Source: Eledone cirrhosa
Taxonomy: Eukaryota
DNA: 64,000 nucleotides
Assembly (NCBI GenBank): GCA_964016885.1
Contig: OZ024741.1
Location: 6,758,001-6,822,000 of the forward strand
Direction of reading: 5' to 3'
Under the pieces are notes generated by a model, which saw only the letters and a program-made list of their open reading frames with translations, was not told the DNA's origin and did no database searches. The position numbers were made by a program, and so were the translations under genes. Of this stretch, positions 1 to 15,000 are shown piece after piece (the first letter of the stretch is position 1; the number at the start of each line of letters is the position of its first letter).

Positions 1-3000
1 CAGTAATAACAGCAACAGTAATAACAGCAACAGTAATAACAGCAACAGTAATAACAGCAACAGTAATAACAGCAACAGTAGTAACAGCAGCAGTAGTAAC
101 AGCAACAGTAGTAACAGCAACAGTAGTAACAGCAACAGTAGTAACAGCAACAGTAGTAACAGCAACAGTAATAACAGCAACAGTAATAACAGCAACAGTA
201 ATAACAGCAACAGTAGTAACAGCAACAGTAGTAACAGCAACAGTTGTAACAGCAACAGTAGTAACAGCAACAGTAGTAACAGCAACAGTAATAACAGCAA
301 CAGTAATAACAGCAACAGTAGTAACAGCAACAGTAGTAACAGCAACAGTAGTAACAGCAACAGTAGTAACAGCAACAGTAGTAACAGCAACAGTAATAAC
401 AGCAACAGTAATAACAGCAACAGTAATAACAGCAACAGTAGTAACAGCAACAGTAGTAACAGCAACAGTAGTAACAGCAACAGTAGTAACAGCAACAGTA
501 GTAACAGCAACAGTAGTAACAGCAACAGTAGTAACAGCAACAGTAGTAACAGCAACAGTAGTAACAGCAACAGTAGTAACAGCAACAGTAATAACAGCAA
601 CAGTAATAACAGCAACAGTAATAACAGCAACAGTAATAACAGCAACAGTAATAACAGCAACAGTAATAACAGCAACAGTAATAACAGCAACAGTAATAAC
701 AGCAACAGTAATAACAGCAACAGTAGTAACAGCAACAGTAGTAACAGCAACAGTAGTAACAGCAACAGTAGTAACAGCAACAGTAGTAACAGCAACAGTA
801 GTAACAGCAACAGTAATAACAGCAACAGTAATGACAGCAACAGTAGTAACAGCAACAGTAATAACAGCAACAGTAATAACAGCAACAGTAATAACAGCAA
901 CAGTAGTAACAGCAACAGTAGTAACAGCAACAGTAATAACAGCAACAGTAGTAACAGCAACAGTAGTAACAGCAACAGTAGTAACAGCAACAGTAGTAAC
1001 AGCAACAGTAGTAACAGCAACAGTAGTAACAGCAACAGTAGTAACAGCAACAGTAGTAACAGCAACAGTAATAACAGCAACAGTAATAACAGCAACAGTA
1101 GTAACAGCAACAGTAGTAACAGCAACAGTAATAACAGCAACAGTAATAACAGCAACAGTAGTAACAGCAACAGTAGTAACAGCAACAGTAATAACAGCAA
1201 CAGTAATAACAGCAACAGTAATAACAGCAACAGTAGTAACAGCAACAGTAGTAACAGCAACAGTAGTAACAGCAACAGTAGTAACAGCAACAGTAGTAAC
1301 AGCAACAGTAGTAACAGCAACAGTAGTAACAGCAACAGTAGTAACAGCAACAGTAGTAACAGCAACAGTAGTAACAGCAACAGTAGTAACAGCAACAGTA
1401 GTAACAGCAACAGTAATAACAGCAACAGTAATAACAGCAACAGTAATAACAGCAACAGTAATAACAGCAACAGTAATAACAGCAACAGTAATAACAGCAA
1501 CAGTAGCAACAGTAATAACAGCAACAGTAATAACAGCAACAGTAGTAACAGCAACAGTAGTAACAGCAACAGTAGTAACAGCAACAGTAGTAACAGCAAC
1601 AGTAGTAACAGCAACAGTAGTAACAGCAACAGTAATAACAGCAACAGTAATGACAGCAACAGTAGTAACAGCAACAGTAATAACAGCAACAGTAATAACA
1701 GCAACAGTAATAACAGCAACAGTAGTAACAGCAACAGTAGTAACAGCAACAGTAATAACAGCAACAGTAGTAACAGCAACAGTAGTAACAGCAACAGTAG
1801 TAACAGCAACAGTAGTAACAGCAACAGTAGTAACAGCAACAGTAGTAACAGCAACAGTAGTAACAGCAACAGTAGTAACAGCAACAGTAGTAACAGCAAC
1901 AGTAATAACAGCAACAGTAGTAACAGCAACAGTAGTAACAGCAACAGTAATAACAGCAACAGTAATAACAGCAACAGTAGTAACAGCAACAGTAGTAACA
2001 GCAACAGTAATAACAGCAACAGTAATAACAGCAACAGTAGTAACAGCAACAGTAGTAACAGCAACAGTAGTAACAGCAACAGTAGTAACAGCAACAGTAG
2101 TAACAGCAACAGTAGTAACAGCAACAGTAATAACAGCAACAGTAGTAACAGCAACAGTAGTAACAGCAACAGTAGTAACAGCAACAGTAGTAACAGCAAC
2201 AGTAGTAACAGCAACAGTAGTAACAGCAACAGTAGTAACAGCAACAGTAGTAACAGCAACAGTAGTAACAGCAACAGTAATAACAGCAACAGTAATAACA
2301 GCAACAGTAATAACAGCAACAGTAATGACAGCAACAGTAATGACAGCAACAGTAGTGACAGCAACAGTAATGACAGCAACAGTAATAACAGCAACAGTAA
2401 TAACAGCAACAGTAATAACAGCAACAGTAGTAACAGCAACAGTAGTAACAGCAACAGTAGTAACAGCAACAGTAGTAACAGCAACAGTAGTAACAGCAAC
2501 AGTAGTAACAGCAACAGTAGTAACAGCAACAGTAGTAACAGCAATAGTAGTAACAGCAACAGTAGTAACAGCAACAGTAGTAACAGCAACAGTAATAACA
2601 GCAACAGTAATAACAGCAACAGTAATAACAGCAACAGTAATAACAGCAACAGTAGTAACAGCAACAGTAGTAACAGCAACAGTAATAACAGCAACAGTAA
2701 TAACAGCAACAGTAGTAACAGCAACAGTAGTAACAGCAACAGTAGTAACAGCAACAGTAATAACAGCAACAGTAGTAACAGCAACAGTAGTAACAGCAAC
2801 AGTAGTAACAGCAACAGTAGTAACAGCAACAGTAGTAACAGCAACAGTAGTAACAGCAACAGTAGTAACAGCAACAGTAGTAACAGCAACAGTAGTAACA
2901 GCAACAGTAGTAACAGCAACAGTAATAACAGCAACAGTAGTAACAGCAACAGTAATAACAGCAACAGTAATAACAGCAACAGTAGTAACAGCAACAGTAG

Positions 3001-6000
3001 TAACAGCAACAGTAGTAACAGCAACAGTAGTAACAGCAACAGTAGTAACAGCAACAGTAGTAACAGCAACAGTAGTAACAGCAACAGTAGTAACAGCAAC
3101 AGTAGTAACAGCAACAGTAGTAACAGCAACAGTAGTAACAGCAACAGTAGTAACAGCAACAGCAACAGTAGCAACAGCAACAGTAGCAACAGCAACAGTA
3201 GCAACAGCAACAGTAGCAACAGCAACAGTAGCAACAGCAACAGTAGCAACAGCAACAGTAGCAACAGTAGCAACAGCAACAGTAGCAACAGTAGCAACAG
3301 TAGCAACAGCAACAGTAGTAACAGCAACAGTAGTAACAGCAACAGTAGTAACAGCAACTGTAGTAACAGCAACTGTAGTAACAGCAACTGTAGTAACAGC
3401 AACTGTAGTAACAGCAACTGTAGTAACAGCAACAGTAGTAACAGCAACAATAGTAACAGCAACAATAGTAACAGCAACAGTAGTAACAGCAACAGTAGTA
3501 ACAGCAACAGTAGTAACAGCAACTGTAGTAACAGCAACAGTAGTAACAGTAACAGTAGTAGTAACAGTAGTAACAGCAGCAGTAGTAACAGTAACAGTAG
3601 TAACAGTAACAGTAGTAACAGTTACATTAGTAACAGTTACAGTAGTAGTAGTAACAGTAGTAGTAGTAACAGTTACAGTAGTAGTAGTAGTAACAGTAGT
3701 AACAGTAACAGTAGTAGTAACAGCAACAGTAGTAACAGTAACAGTAGTAACAGCAACAGTAGTAACAGTAACAGTAGTAACAGCAGCAGTAGTAACAGCA
3801 GCAGTAGTAACAGTAAAAGTAACAGTAGTAACAGCAACAGTAGTAACAGTAACAGTAGTAACAGCAACAGTAGTAACAGCAACAGTAGTAACAGCAACAG
3901 TAGTAACAGCAACAGTAGTAACAGCAACAGTAGTAACAGTAACAGTAGTAACAGTAACAGTAGTAACAGTAACAGTAGTAACAGTAGTAACAGTAACAGT
4001 AGTAACAGTAACAGTAGTAACAGCAACAGTAGTAACAGCAACAGTAGTAACAGCAACAGTAGTAACAGCAACAGTAGTAACAGCAACAGTAGTAACAGCA
4101 ACAGTAGTAACAGCAACAGTAGTAACAGCAACAGTAGTAACAGCAACAGTAGTAACAGCAACAGTAGTAACAGCAACAGTAGTAACAGCAACAGTAGTAA
4201 CAGCAACTGTAGTAACAGCAACTGTAGTAACAGCAACTGTAGTAACAGCAACAGTAGTAACAGCAACAGTAGTAACAGCAACAGTAGTAACAGCAACAGT
4301 AGTAACAGCAACAGTAGTAACAGCAACAGTAGTAACAGCAACAGTAGTAACAGCAACAGTAATAACAGCAACAGTAATAACAGTAACAGTAGTAACAGTA
4401 GTAACAGCAACAGTAGTAACAGCAACAGTAGTAACAGCAACAGTAGTAACAGCAACAGTAGTAACAGCAACAGTAGTAACAGCAACAGTAGTAACAGTAA
4501 CAGTAGTAACAGTAACAGTAGTAACAGCAACAGTAGCAACAGCAACAGTAGCAACAGCAACAGTAGCAACAGCAACAGTAGCAACAGCAACAGTAGCAAC
4601 AGTAGCAACAGCAACAGTAGTAACAGCAACAGTAGTAACAGCAACAGTAGTAACAGCAACAGTAGTAACAGCAACAGTAGTAACAGCAACAGTAGTAATA
4701 GTAGTAACAGCAACAGTAGTAACAGTAACAGTAGCAACAGCAACAGTAGTAACAGCAACAGTAGTAACAGCAACAGTAGTAACAGCAACAGTAGTAACAA
4801 CAACAGTAGTAACAGCAACAGTAGTAACAGCAACAGTAGTAACAGCAACAGTAGTAACAGTAGTAACAGCAACAGTAGTAACAGCAACAGTAGTAACAGC
4901 AACAGTAGTAACAGCAACAGTAGTAACAACAACAGTAGTAACAGCAACAGTAGTAACAGCAACAGTAGTAACAGCAACAGTAGTAACAGCAACAGTAGCA
5001 ACAGTAGTAACAGCAACAGTAGCAACAGCAACAGTAGCAACAGCAACAGTAGCAACAGCAACAGTAGTAACAGCAACAGTAGTAACAGCAGCAGTAGTAA
5101 CAGCAACAGTAGTAACAGCAACAGTAGTAACAGCAACAGTAGCAACAGTAGTAACAGCAACAGTAGTAACAGTAACAGTAGTAACAGCAGCAGTAGTAAC
5201 AGCAACAGTAGTAACAGCAACAGTAGTAACAGCAACAGTAGTAACAGCAACAGTAGTAACAGCAACAGTAATAACAGCAACAGTAATAACAGCAACAGTA
5301 ATAACAGCAACAGTAGTAACAGCAACAGTAGTAACAGCAACAGTTGTAACAGCAACAGTAGTAACAGCAACAGTAGTAACAGCAACAGTAGTAACAGCAA
5401 CAGTAATAACAGCAACAGTAATAACAGCAACAGTAATAACAGCAACAGTAATAACAGCAACAGTAGTAACAGCAACAGTAGTAACAGCAACAGTAGTAAC
5501 AGCAACAGTAGTAACAGCAACAGTAATAACAGCAACAGTAATAACAGCAACAGTAATAACAGCAACAGTAGTAACAGCAACAGTAGTAACAGCAACAGTA
5601 GTAACAGCAACAGTAGTAACAGCAACAGTAGTAACAGCAACAGTAGTAACAGCAACAGTAGTAACAGCAACAGTAGTAACAGCAACAGTAGCAACAGCAA
5701 CAGTAGCAACAGCAACAGTAGCAACAGCAACAGTAGCAACAGCAACAGTAGCAACAGCAGCAGTAGCAACAGCAGCAGTAGCAACAGCAGCAGTAGCAAC
5801 AGCAGCAGTAGTAACAGCAACAGTAGTAACAGCAACAGTAGTAACAGCAACAGTAGTAACAGCAACAGTAGTAACAGCAACAGTAGTAACAGCAACAGTA
5901 GTAACAGCAACAGTAGTAACAGCAACAGTAATAACAGCAACAGTAATAACAGCAACAGTAATAACAGCAACAGTAATAACAGCAACAGTAGTAACAGCAA

Positions 6001-9000
6001 CAGTAGTAACAGCAACAGTAGTAACAGCAACAGTAGTAACAGCAACCGTAGTAACAGCAACAGTAGTAACAGCAACAGTAGTAACAGCAACAGTAGTAAC
6101 AGCAACAGTAATAACAGCAACAGTAATAACAGCAACAGTAATAACAGCAACAGTAATAACAGCAACAGTAATAACAGCAACAGTAATAACAGCAACAGTA
6201 ATAACAGCAACAGTAATAACAGCAACAGTAGTAACAGCAACAGTAGTAACAGCAACAGTAGTAACAGCAACAGTAGTAACAGCAACAGTAATAACAGCAA
6301 CAGTAATGACAGCAACAGTAGTAACAGCAACAGTAATAACAGCAACAGTAATAACAGCAACAGTAATAACAGCAACAGTAGTAACAGCAACAGTAGTAAC
6401 AGCAACAGTAATAACAGCAACAGTAGTAACAGCAACAGTAGTAACAGCAACAGTAGTAACAGCAACAGTAGTAACAGCAACAGTAGTAACAGCAACAGTA
6501 GTAACAGCAACAGTAGTAACAGCAACAGTAGTAACAGCAACAGTAGTAACAGCAACAGTAGTAACAGCAACAGTAATAACAGCAACAGTAATAACAGCAA
6601 CAGTAGTAACAGCAACAGTAGTAACAGCAACAGTAATAACAGCAACAGTAATAACAGCAACAGTAGTAACAGCAACAGTAGTAACAGCAACAGTAATAAC
6701 AGCAACAGTAATAACAGCAACAGTAGTAACAGCAACAGTAGTAACAGCAACAGTAGTAACAGCAACAGTAGTAACAGCAACAGTAGTAACAGCAACAGTA
6801 GTAACAGCAACAGTAATAACAGCAACAGTAATAACAGCAACAGTAGTAACAGCAACAGTAGTAACAGCAACAGTAATAACAGCAACAGTAATAACAGCAA
6901 CAGTAGTAACAGCAACAGTAGTAACAGCAACAGTAGTAACAGCAACAGTAGTAACAGCAACAGTAGTAACAGCAACAGTAGTAACAGCAACAGTAGTAAC
7001 AGCAACAGTAGTAACAGCAACAGTAGTAACAGCAACAGTAGTAACAGCAACAGTAATAACAGCAACAGTAATAACAGCAACAGTAATAACAGCAACAGTA
7101 ATGACAGCAACAGTAGTGACAGCAACAGTAATGACAGCAACAGTAATAACAGCAACAGTAATAACAGCAACAGTAATAACAGCAACAGTAGTAACAGCAA
7201 CAGTAGTAACAGCAACAGTAGTAACAGCAACAGTAGTAACAGCAACAGTAGTAACAGCAACAGTAGTAACAGCAACAGTAGTAACAGCAACAGTAGTAAC
7301 AGCAACAGTAGTAACAGCAACAGTAGTAACAGCAACAGTAGTAACAGCAACAGTAGTAACAGCAACAGTAGTAACAGCAACAGTAGTAACAGCAACAGTA
7401 GTAACAGCAACAGTAGTAACAGCAACAGTAGTAACAGCAACAGTAATAACAGCAACAGTAGTAACAGCAACAGTAATAACAGCAACAGTAATAACAGCAA
7501 CAGTAATAACAGCAACAGTAATAACAGCAACAGTAATAACAGCAACAGTAGTAACAGCAACAGTAGTAACAGCAACAGTAGTAACAGCAACAGTAGTAAC
7601 AGCAACAGTAGTAACAGCAACAGTAGTAACAGCAACAGTAGTAACAGCAACAGTAGTAACAGCAACAGTAGTAACAGCAACAGTAGTAACAGCAACAGTA
7701 GTAACAGCAACAGTAGTAACAGCAACAGTAGTAACAGCAACAGTAGTAACAGCAACAGTAGTAACAGCAACAGCAACAGTAGCAACAGCAACAGTAGCAA
7801 CAGCAACAGTAGCAACAGCAACAGTAGCAACAGCAACAGTAGTAACAGCAACAGTAGTAACAGCAACAGTAGTAACAGCAACAGTAGTAACAGCAACAGT
7901 AGTAACAGCAACAGTAGTAACAGCAACAGTAGTAACAGCAACAGTAGTAACAGCAACAGTAGTAACAGCAACAGTAGTAACAGCAACAGTAGTAACAGCA
8001 ACAGTAGTAACAGCAACAGTAGTAACAGCAACAGTAGTAACAGCAACAGTAGTAACAGCAACAGCAACAGTAGCAACAGCAACAGTAGCAACAGCAACAG
8101 TAGCAACAGCAACAGTAGCAACAGCAACAGTAGCAACAGCAACAGTAGCAACAGCAACAGTAGCAACAGCAACAGTAGCAACAGCAACAGTAGCAACAGT
8201 AGCAACAGCAACAGTAGCAACAGCAACAGTAGCAACAGCAACAGTAGTAACAGCAACAGTAGTAACAGCAACAGTAGTAACAGCAACAGTAGTAACAGCA
8301 ACTGTAGTAACAGCAACTGTAGTAACAGCAACTGTAGTAACAGCAACTGTAGTAACAGCAACTGTAGTAACAGCAACAGTAGTAACAGCAACAATAGTAA
8401 CAGCAACAGTAGTAACAGCAACAGTAGTAACAGCAACAGTAGTAACAGCAACTGTAGTAACAGCAACAGTAGTAACAGTAACAGTAGTAGTAACAGCAGC
8501 AGTAGTAACAGTAACAGTAGTAACAGTAACAGTAGTAACAGTTACATTAGTAACAGTTACAGTAGTAGTAGTAACAGTAGTAGTAGTAACAGTTACAGTA
8601 GTAGTAGTAGTAACAGTAGTAACAGTAACAGTAGTAGTAACAGCAACAGTAGTAACAGTAACAGTAGTAACAGTAACAGTAGTAACAGCAACAGTAGTAA
8701 CAGTAACAGTAGTAACAGTAACAGTAGTAACAGCAGCAGTAGTAACAGCAGCAGTAGTAACAGTAAAAGTAACAGTAGTAACAGCAACAGTAGTAACAGT
8801 AACAGTAGTAACAGCAACAGTAGTAACAGCAACAGTAGTAACAGCAACAGTAGTAACAGCAACAGTAGTAACAGTAACAGTAGTAACAGTAACAGTAGTA
8901 ACAGTAACAGTAGTAACAGTAGTAACAGTAACAGTAGTAACAGTAACAGTAGTAACAGCAACAGTAGTAACAGCAACAGTAGTAACAGCAACAGTAGTAA

Positions 9001-12000
9001 CAGCAACAGTAGTAACAGCAACAGTAGTAACAGCAACAGTAGTAACAGCAACAGTAGTAACAGCAACAGTAGTAACAGCAACAGTAGTAACAGCAACAAC
9101 AGTAACAGTAGTAACAGCAACAGTAGTAACAGCAACAGTAGTAACAGCAACAGTAGTAACAGCAACTGTAGTAACAGCAACTGTAGTAACAGCAACTGTA
9201 GTAACAGCAACAGTAGTAACAGCAACAGTAGTAACAGCAACAGTAGTAACAGCAACAGTAGTAACAGCAACAGTAGTAACAGCAACAGTAGTAACAGCAA
9301 CAGTAGTAACAGCAACAGTAGTAACAGCAACAGTAATAACAGCAACAGTAATAACAGCAACAGTAATAACAGCAACAGTAATAACAGCAACAGTAATAAC
9401 AGCAACAGTAATAACAGCAACAGTAATAACAGCAACAGTAGTAACAGCAACAGTAGTAACAGCAACAGTAGTAACAGCAACAGTAGTAACAGCAACAGTA
9501 GTAACAGCAACAGTAGTAACAGCAACAGTAATAACAGCAGCAGTAATAACGGCAGCAGTAATAACGGCAACAGTAGTAACAGCAACAGTAGTAACAGCAA
9601 CAGTAGTAACAGCAACAGTAGTAACAGCAACAGTAGTAACAGCAACAGTAGTAACAGTAACAGTAGTAACAGTAGTAACAGTAACAGTAGTAACAGTAAC
9701 AGTAGTAACAGCAACAGTAGTAACAGCAACAGTAGTAACAGTAACAGTAGTAACAGTAGTAACAGTAACAGTAGTAACAGTAACAGTAGTAACAGCAACA
9801 GTAGTAACAGCAACAGTAGTAACAGTAACAGTAGTAACAGTAGTAACAGTAACAGTAGTAACAGTAACAGTAGTAACAGCAACAGTAGTAACAGCAACAG
9901 TAGTAACAGTAACAGTAGTAACAGTAGTAACAGCAACAGTAGTAACAGCAACAGTAGTAACAGCAACAGTAGTAACAGTAACAGTAGTAACAGTAGTAAC
10001 AGTAACAGTAGTAACAGTAACAGTAGTAACAGTAACAGTAGTAACAGCAACAGTAGTAACAGCAACAGTAGTAACAGTAACAGTAGTAACAGTAGTAACA
10101 GTAACAGTAGTAACAGTAACAGTAGTAACAGCAACAGTAGTAACAGCAACAGTAGTAACAGCAACAGTAGTAACAGTAACAGTAGTAACAGTAGTAACAG
10201 TAACAGTAGCAACAGTAACAGTAGCAACAGTAGTAACAGCAACAGTAGTAACAGCAACTGTAGTAACAGCAACAGTAGTAACAGCAACAGTAGTAACAGC
10301 AACAGTAGTAACAGCAACAGTAATAACAGCAACAGTAATAACAGCAACAGTAATAACAGCAACAGTAATAACAGCAACAGTAGCAACAGTAGTAACAGCA
10401 ACAGTAGTAACAGCAACAGTAATAACAGTAGTAACAGTAATAACAGCAACAGTAGTAACAGCAACAGTAGTAACAGCAACAGTAATAACAGCAACAGTAG
10501 TAACAGCAACAGTAGTAACAGCAACAGTAGTAACAGCAACAGTAGTAACAGCAACAGTAGTAACAGCAACAGTAGTAACAGCAACAGTAGTAACAGCAAC
10601 AGTAGTAACAGCAACAGTAGCAACAGTAGTAACAGCAACAGTAGTAACAGCAACAGCAACAGTAGCAACAGTAGTAACAGCAACAGTAGCAACAGTAGAA
10701 ACAGCAACAGTAGTAACAGCAACAGTAGTAACAGCAACAGTAGTAACAGTAACAGTAGTAACAGTAGTAACAGCAGCAGTAGTAACAGTAACAGTAGTAA
10801 CAGTAACAGTAGTAACAGTTACAGTAGTAGTAGTAACAGTAGTAGTAGTAACAGTAGTAACAGTTACAGTAGTAGTAGTAGTAACAGTAGTAACAACAGT
10901 AGTAACAGCAACAGTAACAGTAGTAGTAACAGCAGCAGTAGTAACAGCAACAGTAGTAACAGTAGTAACAGCAACAGTAGTGACAGCAACAGTAGTAACA
11001 GTAACAGTAGTGACAGCAACAGTAGTAACAGTAACAGTAGTAACAGCAACAGTAGTAACAGTAGTAACAGCAACAGTAGTAACAGCAGCAGTAGTAACAG
11101 TAAAAGTAACAGTAGTAACAGCAACAGTAGTAACAGTAACAGTAGTAACAGCAACAGTAGTAACAGTAACAGTAGTAACAGCAACAGTAGTAACAGCAAC
11201 AGTAGTAACAGCAACAGTAGTAACAGCAACAGTAGTAACAGTAACAGTAGTAACAGTAACAGTAGTAACAGCAACAGTAGTAACAGCAACAGTAGTAACA
11301 GCAACAATAGTAACAGCAACAGTAGTAACAGCAACAGTAGTAACAGCAACAGTAGTAACAGCAACAGTAGTAACAGTAACTGTAGTAACAGCAACAACAG
11401 TAACAGTAGTAACAGCAACAGTAGTAACAGCAACAGTTGTAACAGCAACAGTAATAACAGCAACAGTAATAACAGCAACAGTAATAACAGCAACAGTAAT
11501 AACAGCAACAGTAGTAACAGCAACAGTAGTAACAGCAACAGTAGTAACAGCAACAGTAGTAACAGCAACAGTAGTAACAGCAACAGTAGTAACAGCAACA
11601 GTAGTAACAGCAACAGTAGTAACAGCAACAGTAGTAACAGCAACAGTAGTAACAGCAACAGTAGTAACAGCAACAGTAGTAACAGCAACTGTAGTAACAG
11701 CAACTGTAGTAACAGCAACTGTAGTAACAGCAACTGTAGTAACAGCAACTGTAGTAACAGCAACTGTAGTAACAGCAACTGTAGTAACAGCAACTGTAGT
11801 AACAGCAACAGTAGTAACAGCAACTGTAGTAACAGCAACAGTAGTAACAGCAACTGTAGTAACAGCAACAGTAGTAACAGCAACTGTAGTAACAGCAACA
11901 GTAGTAACAGCAACTGTAGTAACAGCAACTGTAGTAACAGCAACTGTAGTAACAGCAACTGTAGTAACAGCAACTGTAGTAACAGCAACTGTAGTAACAG

Positions 12001-15000
12001 CAACTGTAGTAACAGCAACAGTAGTAACAGCAACAGTAGTAACAGCAACTGTAGTAACAGCAACTGTAGTAACAGCAACAGTAGTAACAGCAACAGTAGT
12101 AACAGCAACAGTAGTAACAGCAACTGTAGTAACAGCAACAGTAGTAACAGCAACTGTAGTAACAGCAACTGTAGTAACAGCAACTGTAGTAACAGCAACT
12201 GTAGTAACAGCAACTGTAGTAACAGCAACTGTAGTAACAGCAACAGTAGTAACAGCAACAGTAGTAACAGCAACTGTAGTAACAGCAACTGTAGTAACAG
12301 CAACAGTAGTAACAGCAACAGTAGTAACAGCAACAGTCGTAACAGCAACAGTCGTAACAGCAACAGTCGTAACAGCAACAGTAGTGACAGCAACAGTAGT
12401 AACAGCAACAGTAGTAACAGCAACAGTAGTAACAGCAACAGTAGTAACAGCAACAGTAGTAACAGCAACAGTAGTAACAGCAACAGTAGTAACAGCAACA
12501 GTAGTAACAGCAACAGTAGTAACAGCAACAGTAATAACAGTAGTAACAGTAATAACAGTAGTAACAGTAGTAACAGCAACAGTAGTAACAGCAACAGTAG
12601 TAACAGCAACAGTAATAACAGCAACAGTAATAACAGCAACAGTAGTAACAGCAACAGTAGTAACAGCAACAGTAGTAACAGCAACAGTAGTAACAGCAAC
12701 AGTAGTAACAGCAACAGTAGTAACAGCAACAGTAGTAACAGCAACAGTAGTAACAGCAACAGTAGTAACAGCAACAGTAGTAACAGCAACAGTAGTAACA
12801 GCAACAGTAATAACAGCAACAGTAATAACAGCAACAGTAATAACAGCAACAGTAATAACAACAACAGTAATAACAGCAACAGTAATAACAGCAACAGTAA
12901 TAACAGCAACAGTAATAACAGCAACAGTAATAACAGCAACAGTAATAACAGCAACAGTAATAACAGCAACAGTAGTAACAGCAACAGTAGTAACAGTAAC
13001 TGTAGTAACAGTAACTGTAGTAACAGCAACAACAGAAACAGTAGTAACAGTAACAGTAGTAACAGTAACTGTAGTAACAGCAACAACAGTAACAGTAGTA
13101 ACAGTAACAGTAGTAACAGTAACAGTAGTAACAGCAACAGTAGTAACAGTAACAGCAACAGTAGTAACAGCAACAGTAGTAACAGCAACAGTAGTAACAG
13201 CAACAGTAGTAACAGCAACAGTAATAACAGCAACAGTAATAACAGCAACAGTAATAACAGCAACAGTAATAACAGCAACAGTAATAACAGCAACAGTAGT
13301 AACAGCAACAGTAGTAACAGCAACAGTAGTAACAGCAACAGTAGTAACAGCAACAGTAGTAACAGCAACAGTAGTAACAGCAACAGTAGTAACAGCAACA
13401 GTAGTAACAGCAACAGTAGTAACAGCAACAGTAGTAACAGCAACTGTAGTAACAGCAACTGTAGTAACAGCAACTGTAGTAACAGCAACTGTAGTAACAG
13501 CAACTGTAGTAACAGCAACTGTAGTAACAGCAACTGTAGTAACAGCAACTGTAGTAACAGCAACAGTAGTAACAGCAACAGTAGTAACAGCAACAGTAGT
13601 AACAGCAACAGTAGTAACAGCAACAGTAGTAACAGCAACAGTAGTAACAGCAACAGTAGTAACAGCAACAGTAGTAACAGCAACAGTAGTAACAGCAACA
13701 GTAGTAACAGCAACAGTAGTAACAGCAACAGTAGTAACAGCAACAGTAGTAACAGCAACAGTAGTAACAGCAACAGTAGTAACAGCAACAGTAGTAACAG
13801 CAACAGTAGTAACAGCAACAGTAGTAACAGCAACAGTAGTAACAGCAACAGTAGTAACAGCAACAGTAGTAACAGCAACAGTAGTAACAGCAACAGTAGT
13901 AACAGCAACAGTAGTAACAGCAACAGTAGTAACAGCAACAGTAGTAACAGCAACAGTAGTAACAGCAACTGTAGTAACAGCAACTGTAGTAACAGCAACT
14001 GTAGTAACAGTAACTGTAGTAACAGTAGTAACAGTAGCAACAGCAACAGTAGCAACAGCAACAGTAGCAACAGTAGCAACAGCAACAGTAGTAACAGTAG
14101 CAACAGCAACAGTAGTAACAGCAACAGCAACAGTAGTAACAGTTACAGTAGTAGTAGTAGTAGTAGTAACAGTAGTAACAACAGTAGTAACAGCAACAGT
14201 AACAGTAGTAGTAACAGCAACAGTAGTAACAGTAGTAACAGCAACAGTAGTGACAGCAACAGTAGTAACAGTAACAGTAGTAACAGCAACAGTAGTAACA
14301 GTAGTAACAGCAACAGTAGTAACAGTAAAAGTAACAGTAGTAACAGCAACAGTAGTAACAGTAACAGTAGTAACAGCAACAGTAGTAACAGTAACAGTAG
14401 TAACAGTAACAGTAGTAACAGCAACAGTAGTAACAGCAACAGTAGTAACAGCAACAGTAGTAACAGCAACAGTAGTAACAGTAACAGTAGTAACAGCAAC
14501 AGTAGTAACAGCAACAGTAGTAACAGCAACAGTAGTAACAGCAACAGTAGTAACAGCAACAATAGTAACAGCAACAGTAGTAACAGCAACAGTAGTAACA
14601 GCAACAGTAGTAACAGCAACAGTAGTAACAGTAACTGTAGTAACAGTAACTGTAGTAACAGCAACAACAGTAACAGTAGTAACAGCAACAGTAGTAACAG
14701 CAACAGTAGTAACAGCAACAGTAATAACAGCAACAGTAGTAACAGCAACAGTAATAACAGCAACAGTAATAACAGCAACAGTAATAACAGCAACAGTAGT
14801 AACAGCAACAGTAGTAACAGCAACAGTAGTAACAGCAACAGTAGTAACAGCAACAGTAGTAACAGCAACAGTAGTAACAGCAACAGTAGTAACAGCAACA
14901 GTAGTAACAGCAACAGTAGTAACAGCAACAGTAGTAACAGCAACAGTAGTAACAGCAACTGTAGTAACAGCAACTGTAGTAACAGCAACTGTAGTAACAG